Source: Octopus sinensis
Lineage: Eukaryota
Direction of reading: 5' to 3'
Length of the DNA: 64,000 nt
NCBI RefSeq assembly: GCF_006345805.1
Contig: NC_043013.1
Location: 36,704,001-36,768,000 of the forward strand
The translations under genes and the position numbers were made by a program. Positions within the stretch are counted from its first letter, which is position 1. Each line of letters starts with the position of its first letter. Of the stretch, positions 25,562 to 36,468 are shown one piece after another. The notes under the pieces are model-generated. The model saw nothing but the letters and a program-made list of their open reading frames with translations. It made no database searches and was not told the DNA's origin.

Positions 25562-26479
25562 TATAGGTACACAGTCACAGAGGGGCGCATACACATACTG
25601 CCTAATACAGAGATAAACAGGTATGCTGCTTTGCACATATATATATCCAAAAGGGAATTAGGGAGGGGAAGGCGGGAAAGCAGACAGGCCTAAATGTGTG
25701 TACACATATGTACATATGGCCGTACACTTAGGTCCATAAACATGAAGTTTCTCACATTCACACATATTGCTTTACATGACTCTTGAGCATATTTATCACG
25801 GAAAGACGCAAAAAAGAAAAAGAAATCAAAACGACCAGCATGCTTGCCATACACTCACATACAAATAGAAAATGACAAACCTATATAAATATAGAGCAAG
25901 TACGAAAACACATGAAAATACACGCTTCTATATGTACCTTTCCTTGCAAGTACGTTGACCCATTTACCCATGTACACTTACCATGCATGCTACATCCAGA
26001 GCTGTGTCCATTCTTCTCCCTTCTGCGCCCGTTTTCCATTCCTGTCGCAACTCATTTGCACTCTTCTTCAGCATATTCCCTTGATCATCCCCCAACTGCC
26101 TCTTCCTCAATGTCCTCAAACTCTCTGAACTCTACTTTCCTCTTTATTGTTATTCTATGGATTCTATGGAAGCGATGTTTAGGATCATCTTTCTTTGTTT
26201 TTTGCTTGATTGTGCTTGTGGTGGTGGTGGTGATGGTGGTGGTGGGACTGACAGTAATCACAGCATAAGTAGAAATAATGGTGAGGGTAGTGATTGCAGT
26301 AGTGATAGTAATGGTAGTGCTGCTGTCATTATTACTACTTCTACTACAACAAGGAGGAATTCCAACCACATTTCCTGGTTCACTACCTCAACAGCTCCTT
26401 TATAGGATCCAGTAGCTAAGAACATCATCAGGAGGAGCTACATCCGGTCCCTACTCCTCTACTGTTTTCAACACTGCCA

Positions 26480-26960
26480 CTCCACCCCACCGCCTTCAGA
26501 GGTTCTTCAGCTCTGGTGTTGAGTGCATTTTTATCTCTTTTCTTTGGCTTTTTGTTCTTTGGTTTCTTCGATGCAGTGTCAACGAATGTCAGTGGGCAAA
26601 TGGACCACCCTGGCCCAAATTTCCCATGAAATACTCACTGGTAGGCTCCAGCACAATCTAAGCTTCAGCTGACCAAAGGAGGGGAATGATGCACAGTTTT
26701 GGCCCGCGACTTCTCTAGGCCTATCTTCCAACAGAATTGTGTTAGTTTCTGGTCCAGCAGCCAGAGCTGACTAGCTGTCTTGTGGTACATGCCTTTGAAC
26801 TATTGGAGAGGAGGGTGAGCAATGAACAAGATGGTTCCCCTTGGCCCACCTGTCAAGCAGCAATGCTGTTTAAGTGCCAGCCAGCCTCACCTAGCGACGC
26901 TATTTTCCATTTGGCACATTATGGCTTTCGAGCCAGTACTGTTGTTTGTTGTATACCATG
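26480..26960 (-). mobile_element. Possible highly degenerate RTE/BovB-type LINE C-terminal remnant
   Basis: Minus-strand fragments TVLAR / MENSVAR*GWLA / EDRPR / SWEIWAR / EETKEQKAKEKR loosely follow the RTE post-RT order (..RLRW.GH..R.PK..WE..A..FE...EKR). Confidence 0.3.
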
Positions 26961-27509
26961 TGATTGCTGTTTGAAATGCTGATGCTAAAGTTGGATGATG
27001 GAGGTGGTGGTAATGGAGATAGTGGTCTTGATGATGCTGCAAGTTTTTCATACTGGTGTTTATTTTTACTAGTAACAACTACTCCTGCATATGGCTGATG
27101 TTTGTCAGAGATATTAATTTGATCCTTGTTGTTTGGTCACAAGTCATTCATGACCAATGAAACAGGTAATGAAAAGTATTCCATCAGTGACCATCCCATC
27201 TAAATGTTCCCCAAGCTGTTCTTTTGCTCCTATATCAAGACAGAAAGTCACGTGAGATAAGTTTTCTGATTTAAATACCAGTCTGTTGCATGTAGCGGTC
27301 CTAAATGGTCCAATGCCTATTCTTGACTTTTGGGCAAACTGAGGCGCCAACTGCTGAAAGCCATCTTGTATGTATGTGTAAAAATTAATATTCCTCACTT
27401 GTTACCTCTTGAGTGAAATGGTGTTGATGTTGACATACCTTGTTGACATTGTCACCCTTTACTTTCAAAAATCTCTTCAATAAAAAGAAACTCCTTCCTT
27501 GTAAAATAA

Positions 27510-27630
27510 TCATGGGTTGGCAACAGGAAAATATCTGTCTGTAAAATCCTACTACAAATAACTCCTCATCTAACTCATGCTGGCATGGAAAACAAATGTT
27601 AAACAAATGAATGAACAAGTGAATGAATGT
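27510..27630 (+). mobile_element. Truncated copy of the V/Meta-like SINE 3' end
   Basis: GGGTTGGCAACAGGAAAATATCTGTCTGTAAAA...CTAACTCATGCTGGCATGGAAAACAAATGTTAAA followed by a TGAA tail. Confidence 0.5.
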
Positions 27631-29535
27631 AAAAGGATAAAAGACAAACACTGAAAGACATCTTGTCCGATAATTAATCATTTCTATTCCTCCGTCACTT
27701 TTTAAGAAATCTACATAAATAAAATCCTAAAATCTCAGGATAGTTCACTCAACAACTAATGCCATTACAACAACAACAACATCAGCTGCTGTTGCTGCTA
27801 CTACTACTTCTACTACAAACAATACAACCACTACTACTATCACCGGGCCCCACAACAACAATCAGATTTCCACGTGCCATTGTTACCACCATTGCCATAA
27901 ATTTTGTGGGATGAGGGAACTCCATGCAGTCACTCTATCTAGTAGATATAAGAAAAATATTCCTTTCAGTTCATGCCCTGCTATCTTAAAAACAGAAAGA
28001 CCCCTTGAATAATAAAAGGCATGGCTACATTGTCTGAATACAGGATAAGATGTTCATGACTGGGGCACATTTGATCAAAGATCTGCTCAGTCATGGTTCT
28101 GCAAGAGCTGAACCACCACCACCATCACTGCCACAACCACCTCCACTACCACAGCATAACATTGAAACATCCACTTTTATATGACAACTATAACCTTCCC
28201 AATCACTTCTGCTATCACCACCATCACCACCATCACCACCTCCACTATCATTAGTATTACCACCAAAGACAACCATTACATCATTTATCGCTACTGCTGC
28301 CACCACCACAACCACCACCACCACCACCTTCAACAATAACAGCAGTAACACTACACAACAGTGCTAAAGGTTTCTAATTCAGGTCAGTTAACATATTAGC
28401 AGAAATTCCATTGAAATGGTAGAGCCATACTGTCTCTGAGTGAAGATGGTTCCTGTAGAGAAATAATTAGGGGAAAGCTGTCTTAAATAACATCACTAAC
28501 ACATCAACCCTGGTAGGGGGTGGTTGTGAGTGACACTGTATGTAAGGTGCGGGTAAGCTCTGAATGTGTCTGGGGAGTGTTTATATGCAATTCGCTTGCT
28601 CAGTGTATATATTGTGAAATCAAGTTGATTTGAGCGGGGAAGGATGATGATGTGTGAATTTGTATAAGTGCTCATGTATAATTTGTGTCCACACTTAAAA
28701 ACATGTAGCTCAATCTGGTCACTTCAGTGTTGCGTGTATGTTTATGCATAAATATATGTGTAAGTATGTATAGGTTAGTGTGAATGAACATTTTTTGAGT
28801 ATATATATATAGTTAAATCTCGTTATTTATATATGAATGTATGTGTTTGTGTGTGTGTGTGTGTGTGTGTGACTATGCATTTCATGCTGATTATCTGTAT
28901 GTGTGCATATATGTCACTTATGTAAATATGTGCATAGGTTTCCGTTATAATCTCTTACATGTTTGTGTTTCTATGAGAGTATATATGAAATATATGTGTG
29001 CTGGTATGCATGTATGTATGCAATTAGATCTATTTTCTTTTTATTGATATGTGTTTTCATGTTACTATTTATGTGTGTGTGTGCTTGAAGTAGTAGCAAC
29101 GCGTAACCATCAAACCTTCACCCACACCATTTCCGACAACATCTGGTTGTGAAGTTTGTTTGTTGTTTTCATATATTTTTCTACTCTGTCTCACTCATTC
29201 TCTCTCTCTCTCTCTCTCTCTCCCTCTCTCTTTGTTTTAATTGTCTTGTTCATTTACTCCCCCCACCACCACCACCTCCTTCTCCGTCGTGTTTCAAAGA
29301 ATTAATTAGAGCATTTTTAATGAATTATTTCTTTCAGACAACATAAAAGACCCTCTCAATCCCAACTCCCTCTCTTGCCGACAACTCCACCCACTCTGTA
29401 TACATACGCATACAAAAACACTAGCTGCAACAACACTAACAACAGCAATCCTAAAGAAGAGGTTACAAGCTTAATGACGATGGCAATAATTACAATAGTT
29501 ACAGTGACAACAACACTTGCGTACATGTTTGTGTG

Positions 29536-29569
<34 letters not shown>

Positions 29570-29655
29570 TACATATATATGTACATGCACATTTACACAC
29601 ACATATATACATGTTCCCACATACATATTTCAAGAGAGAGATGTACTTGTGTGTT

Positions 29656-29692
<37 letters not shown>

Positions 29693-29990
29693 TTCAAGTT
29701 GTTGCAAAATTAATTACAGTTTTTAACTATCAACTTTAAAGCAACATCTCAGCTGAGATTAAATTTTATTAATCAAAATAATGACCACTAGAAGTGGCAC
29801 AGTTTGGAAACTGTAGGTTAGAATTCTGGAGTCTTGGAATTGATGAAGTCTTCAAAGGCATTTTGAGTTGTTGCTTGGTTGTTTAAGGCCTTATTTTGCA
29901 GGAAGTTGTCAACATGGTTCAAGGAGTAGTAGTGGTTTGAACAGTTTTGTCTGATGCTCTAGTGATCCTTCCAATCCAATAATAATAATG

Positions 29991-30194
29991 ATAATAATCT
30001 TTTCTTCTAAAGTTTGGTGGAGGGGGCTAGTCATTTACATTGATCAATGTGCTGAATTGGTGCTTATTGAATCAACACCAAAAGGATGAAAGGCAAAGTT
30101 GATCTTGGTGGAATTTGAACTCAGGACTTAAAGACGGACGAAATGCCATTAAGCATTTTGTCTGGCGTGCTAAAAATTCTGCCAGCTTGATACC
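29991..30194 (-). mobile_element. SINE (GGTGAGCTGGCAGAA-head family)
   Basis: Minus strand: AAGCTGGCAGAATTTTTAGCACGCCAGACAAAATGCTTAATGGCATTTCGTCCGTC...CTGAGTTCAAATTCCACC...ACTTTGCCTTTCATCCTTT, collinear with 32583-32800. Confidence 0.75.
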
Positions 30195-30421
30195 TTAACA
30201 CTTTTGTTGCCATATTTCTGTTGAGATGCTCTGTGTTTCTTTCAATTAATTTTGAATATGACAAAAAAATTAGTAAAACAACTTAGTTATCATTAAGTTA
30301 GCGTTAGGGACATAAATTGTGACTAAGGTTTGATGGAAGATTTTAATTCAGAACTCTTGACACAACATTTATACTACAGACCCAGAGGCAGTTTCAGCTG
30401 GGTTGGTATCAAAAGGGTTAA
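30195..30421. mobile_element. piggyBac-type MITE with TTAA target-site duplication
   Basis: TTAA (30195-30198) + CACTTTTGTTGCCA ... TGGTATCAAAAGGG + TTAA (30418-30421). The termini match as inverted repeats at 11 of 14 positions; CCCTTT/AAAGGG ends within TTAA are the piggyBac hallmark. Confidence 0.7.
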
Positions 30422-31440
30422 TTATAACAATAAAGATTTAGCAACTTTGAGTACAAACATGAAACCCAAAAGAAAATAAGTATCAAGACACAGCAGACAC
30501 TGGACATCGAGTAAGCGAATGTGACCAACACATCAATGATGATGTTCCAGCTGTGACCATCCTGTTTTATTTTTAGACAATGTATATAAAACTACATTAT
30601 CAGTAGGCTGTAATTGAAGGAAATTTAGCTGCTATTTCTAGTAGGTTCAGAAATCACATTGAGGCTTCTTTTGTTCACTGGTGTTGTTGATGGTGTTTAT
30701 AGTTTAAAAAGTTTGTCAAAAGAGGTTTTAGCCCCGAGTATGTTAGGTAGTAGATGCGTTACATATTGTTTTAGAATTCTGTATTAGTGATAGTAGTAAT
30801 GTTACTGTCACAGCGTTTGTGATGGTAGTGGTTGCGATGGTAGTGAGTTTGGTGGTGGCATTAGTAGTAGTGGTGGTAGCGGTGGTGGTGGTGGCAATGA
30901 TGATGTTGATTGTTACAATGTCATCTCTAACTAGTTTGATGTGAGAAAGTACTTAGACCTGTCATAATTACCGGTGCTGGATCAGGGGTGGTAGGAGATA
31001 GATGAGGATGATGATGATGATGATGATGGTAATGATGATGATGATGATGACGATCTGGTTGTGGGGGTAAGATGTGGGTTTGTAAAGAGAATTTAAACAG
31101 ACTTTCTAGAACCTACTTTACTACATCTCTGGCATTTTATGAACCAGACTTTCCAATCTGACTTACTTTTAAACAGCACCAATTAAGTCTTTAACTTCTC
31201 TCCTAGCTTTTTATTGTTTTCATCCTCCTCTAACCACTACTCTCTTCATTTTCCTCATTCTCTTTTTTCTTGTTTTTGTTTTTTTTTATTCTCTCCTTGA
31301 TTTTTGTCAATTTATTTGTCTTGATGTTTATTTATTTATTTTTTTCATGTTCTGTTTCTTTTCCTTGTTGTCTGTGTGTGTTCTGGCTGTTACTTGCTTT
31401 AATGTTAGTGTAAACCGTGTTTAATATACTAGATTATTAT

Positions 31441-31670
31441 TAGGGCAGGGTATGGCGGAATTAGTAGAACGCTAGATAAAATGCCTTCTGGTATTTAGTT
31501 ATGTCCCTTTATATCCTGAGCTCAAATCTATTTAAGGTTGACACTGCTTTTCCTCCTGCTCCATAGCTGATTAACTAAATACCAGTGTTAAACTGAAATC
31601 AATTAAATTGAGTGTACCCTTCCCCTTCCAAACCTGTGACCTTTCGCTTATGCTGAAAACCATTATTATT
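31441..31670 (+). mobile_element. Degenerate SINE (GGTGAGCTGGCAGAA-head family)
   Basis: GGTATGGCGGAATTAGTAGAACGCTAGATAAAATGCC...CTGAGCTCAAATC...AGGTTGAC...AAATACCAG...CCCTTCCCC, collinear with 32583-32800. Confidence 0.55.
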
Positions 31671-32582
31671 TTTTAGTAGTCTTATTTTTATTGCATGCTT
31701 TCACTGAATTACCATGCATAACTCTGCGTGCTTTGAGTATATGTAATATTTTGTTTTGGTTTAGTATTTTGTAATGTGTTGGCAGTACTAGCAGTCATAT
31801 GTGAGCAGTATCACATAGTACTATTTTATTAATATTTTGTGCATATTTGTAAGTTGTGGAGTTTCTCTTATGTAATTGTCTGTATGTTTTTAAATCATTC
31901 CCAGATCATTATCATAAAGATTGTTTCTATTTTCTTAACCTTCATATTCTGCTCATCTCTGTTTCCTGCTCTTTATAAGTGAATAATTTCTACATTTCTA
32001 TTAAAGATGTGCTATCAGCTTTTGAGACCAAGTGACTATTATAATTGGATGCACGCTAATAAATCAATGTAGTGTTTTTAGCCATAAGTCTTGTTTATCA
32101 ATGTGCAGGATCAAAACTAGTTGATTATTTTACCAAAGTATTTGAATCTGAGTTCAATCTGGTTTAACATGCTGGTTAAATGTGTTAACCCTAAGCATAA
32201 AAAAAAGGGAGTTTTCTTGAAAATTTTGTCTTTTTCAAATGAGAATGGAGGTTATTATTGTAACTTCTTCCTTTGTCTGGACCAGCATTATTTGCCATTT
32301 ACCCATCATATATTTAATATATCTGCTTATTATTGGTGCCGCCTTACTCATGACAAGTGTTTCTAGAATTCACATGTGGGTATTACTGCCAAAAGCCTTC
32401 TGCTAGTAAATCTGGGTATAAACCCTTCTTTCTCCTAGATTCCTTCTGTATACACATTGCTGATCTCTCATTCACTTTCATAGTCAAATGAACCTCGCTG
32501 TATTTGTTTCAGCTCTGAATTCAACTTAGCCTTTTATCCCTGTAGGGTTGGCAAAGTACAGTTCAAGTCTGGGGTTGATGTA

Positions 32583-32800
32583 AGTGGTGAACTGGCAGAA
32601 TTTTTAGCATGACAGACAAAATATTCTGTGGCATTTTACCTGTCTTTACATTCTGTGTTCAAATTCTGCTAAGGTCACCATTGCCTCTCATTCTTTCCGG
32701 TTCGATGAAATAAGTGCCAGTTGAGCACTGGGATTGTTGTAGTTGACTAACCTCCTCCCCTCAAATTTCAGACCTTGTGCCTATAGTAGAAGGGATTATT
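32583..32800 (+). mobile_element. SINE (GGTGAGCTGGCAGAA-head family), best-preserved copy in the window
   Basis: GGTGAACTGGCAGAA (A-box-like) ... TGTGTTCAAATTC (B-box-like) ... GAAATAAGTGCCAGTTGAGCACTGGG ... CCCCTCAAATTTCAGACCTTGTGCCTATAGTAGAAGGGATTATT. Confidence 0.75.
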
Positions 32801-33062
32801 AATTTTATTATTATTTAAGGATATATTTACATGCATACATACTAATATATGTATGCATGTATAATCTGTGTTGCTTTGTGGAAGTGCATAGAGAGATTGG
32901 GTTAATTCTTTGAGTTACATGTAATTCAAATTCTATCCCAAAAATATATCGAAAGAAAACTAGTTTGCTGCCACTGGAGACTGCTATTTTAAAATTTATT
33001 TTAGACTATATTTCTGGCAAAAGCATGTGTTAATTCTCTTCATTTCTTCATTTAAATGGATA

Positions 33063-33138
<76 letters not shown>

Positions 33139-33165
33139 GATATATATATATATCTATATATATAT

Positions 33166-33285
33166 TGGCCTGCTCGCTTAGCCAGCGGGATGGCGTCATT
33201 TGAAGGCTAAAACAATGCGAAACGCATTGTGACCAGTGATGTGGAGCAACATCTGATAGCCTGGTCGGTCACGGTGATCATGGTG

Positions 33286-33286
<1 letters not shown>
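33166..33286. mobile_element. CpG-rich dispersed-repeat fragment embedded in (TA)n
   Basis: TGGCCTGCTCGCTTAGCCAGCGGGATGGCGTCATTTGAAGGC...GGTCGGTCACGGTGATCATGGTG is far more GC/CpG-rich than its flanks and has (TA)n on both sides. I recognise it as an octopus repeat terminus; family not assigned. Confidence 0.5.
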
Positions 33287-33318
<32 letters not shown>

Positions 33319-34269
33319 TACAATATTATAGCTTGTAAAGTACTTTAACTTAGTTGTACTAAAGGGGATGAAATCAAAGCATGAACAAAAGAGCGGAGAA
33401 TATCTATAGACTATGATCAACAAGGTATGTAATAGATTATATGTAATAAACAATTTATTTTATACAATAATTTCTCCATGGACAGAAAAAAGTGGGGCCA
33501 GAGAAGTTTCATTCTAGTATTGAGATTTCATCAGCAGCTGAGTACTCACTTTAACTGTCCTCAGAGACACATTATAAATCCGCTACCATTAAGGGCTCCA
33601 GTAAATCAAGTAGACTTTATTTGCATATCATAATGCTTTCTTGACAGCTTGTTTGGACTTATAAACTACTGGTGTGTAATCATGTTTTGTTTTTATGCTT
33701 GTTATTTGTTAACAAATATATCTATAGGTTTTAGCCAACACTTTAAGCAATAGACAGGTGTTAAAAAACTATGTATATGATATTTTGGTGAATAAAGAAT
33801 TACATACTGTGTTGGCTGAAGCCTATAGATATATTCTGTAGAACATAATAGCATTGAAAGAAAACACCAGAAATCCATCAGAAATTTATATTTAAGAATA
33901 TATGTATTGTTTTATTGGTTTAGGCATCTCTCTTTCTTTCCCCACCTATCTCTCAATCTCTTCTTAACCTCGTTCTATCCTTCACTACATTCGATATTCA
34001 GATCATCATTTCTCTTTATCACTACAGCTCTCTTTTCCCTCTTTCTTTCCTATCCACCCCCCTCATGTCAATAGCACACAACCACCACCAACACTTCAGT
34101 TCAAGTTATCTCTGAAAGATCTCCTGTGTGTTTGAAGTGAACTTTGTAAAAGCTCCTCTTTCCCTACCCTGATCTGGTAAAGGGATCGAATCTAGCCTGT
34201 TCAAGCTGGCCACATTTCGAATGGAATGGTGCAGCATTTTGCATGCATCCCCCATCACTCTTTTTATTC

Positions 34270-34300
<31 letters not shown>

Positions 34301-34479
34301 GTCTTTCTCTCCCTTTCTCTCTCTCTCTTTCTCTCCTTCCACATCCCTTAAAATGCATGTATCTGTTGCCACAGACCATCGCCACCATCAGTACACCTAT
34401 TTTTGCTGATATACTATTTTTACTTATCGCATGAAGATGCTAGAAATCGTGTTTCTGATTATGATGAGGATAACCCTGA

Positions 34480-34485
34480 TGTTGC

Positions 34486-34527
<42 letters not shown>

Positions 34528-35120
34528 CGGCGCCACCGATGATGATGAGGATCATGATGATGACATTGATAATGGTTATGATGGTAGTTAAAGTGACGAC
34601 AATAATGGTAGTGGGAAGAATGGTTACGACGAGGTTAATGAGGGTAGTGGTAATGGTGGTAATGAAATTGTTAGATATGATGCTGCTGCTGATGATGACG
34701 ATAATGTTGATGAAGATAATCATGATGGTGGTATGATGACAAAAACAATGACAATGGGAGTAACAGTGATTTACAACATTAGTTATGATGATGATGGTGA
34801 TGGTGATGGTGATGATGATGATTATGCCTGTGATTTTTATGTTGAAGAAGACAATGGTGACTAGACATGATAATGATGACAATGGTGATGATGATGACGA
34901 TGATGATGATGATGATGATGAATGCACACCTACTGTTAGCAATGACGTTGTGATGTCGCTGATGATAATGATGATGTCGCTGATGATGGATGTGCACCTA
35001 CTGTTAGCAGTGAAGTACGTGGATGTAGGAAATAATGATGAGAGTGATGATGATTGAGATGATTAGGATAATGATGATGATACTTATAAAAGATGATTAT
35101 GTTGCTGCTGATGATGATGA
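34480..35120. repeat. Long degenerate (GAT)n/(GAC)n trinucleotide region
   Basis: About 640 bp dominated by GAT units with GAC/GGT variants. Confidence 0.9.
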
Positions 35121-35623
35121 TAATTATTCACAACCCTCACCAACACCAGCACCCCAATATTTTTCTCTCCCCATCCTGCAACCTCTACAGTTTTTCTTTC
35201 ATCCATGTTATCATTTATAATTACAATCACATCCCCTCCCACTCACACACACATACACACGTGCGCACACACACACACACCACACACACACACGTGCGCA
35301 CACACACACACACACACTCCATCATTTCCCTACACCTTTCCACCCCACTGACTCCCCTTCCCCCCCACTTTAATTGTGCAGCAGCAACAGCAACAGCAGT
35401 AGCAGCAGACTGGGATGGTTGTATGTGTATGTGGTTGCGGGGGGTGGCGGTGGGTTAAAATCGGTGATGATGGCGGGACGGTGATTGTTGTAGTGTAGTG
35501 AGGTCGAGTACAGTTTGGGTTGCTTAAGGGTAGGAATTGTGGTAGCACAGTGTCTCCAGGGGTTAACAGTGGGTGGTGTATGTGCATATATATATATGTG
35601 TGTGCGTGTGTATGTAAGCATAT

Positions 35624-35667
<44 letters not shown>

Positions 35668-35699
35668 CAGTGTGTGAGTGTCATTGTTTCATGGCACAC

Positions 35700-36260
35700 A
35701 ACAATGACACTGGTAAAGATTGTGGTAGTGGAAGCAATGCTAGTGGTGGCAGTGCCCTGTTAGTGGTGGTGGTGGTGGTGCCAGTGTTGATGGTGACATC
35801 AGTGTCATTAGCAGTGGTAGATAGCAGTGGTGATGGAGTGGTTGTAATGAAAGAAGCTCTGGTGGAAGTGGTGTGAGTAGGGAAAGTGATTGCAGTGTGA
35901 CAGAAACGATGGTGGTTGTGGTGGTGGTGGTGGTGGTGGTGGTGGAGGTGGAGGTGAAACTATTGATAAGGGTAATGCAGGGGTGGGTGGTAGAAGCGGT
36001 AGTAATCCTAGGGATAGACATAATGAGTGCATGTGTTGATGATGGTGATGGTGGTGGTGGTGGTGGTGGCAACCGTGATGATTTTGGTGGGGTTTTAGGA
36101 GTCATGATTATTTTTGCAGGAGTTGTAATGGAGTGGTGGTGGTGGTAGTGGCTGTGGTGATGTTTGCTAGTGGGCATGTTGATGATGTTGATTATGATGA
36201 TAATGATGATGGAGTGATGATGATGATGATGATGATGATGATGGCAGTAGCAGCAGCAGC
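35700..36260. repeat. Degenerate (GGT)n/(GAT)n trinucleotide region
   Basis: Several GGT runs and a terminal GAT run. Confidence 0.85.
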
Positions 36261-36437
36261 AGTGTGGGGGTGATTCCTATAGCAAGTGGCAGAGTCTGAA
36301 GAAGAAGAATGAAAAAGGGTTAAAAAAAACAATGTCACAGAAAATGTGTGTGTAAAAAAAAAGAAAGGTGTATTTCACACACACACACACACACACACAC
36401 ATACATACACACACACACAACACACACACACACACAC

Positions 36438-36468
<31 letters not shown>

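Noticed and set aside
27144-27398. 84-aa minus-strand ORF (MRNINFYTY...) as a real gene or RTE continuation
   Set aside because: No recognisable domain, and the resemblance to RTE sequence is too weak to call without a profile search.
33497-33545. Minus-strand CTGATGA-AATCTCAATACTAGAAT-GAAA hammerhead-like spacing
   Set aside because: Stem II is 4/5 paired, but stem III and an NUH triplet with a closing stem I cannot be formed convincingly.
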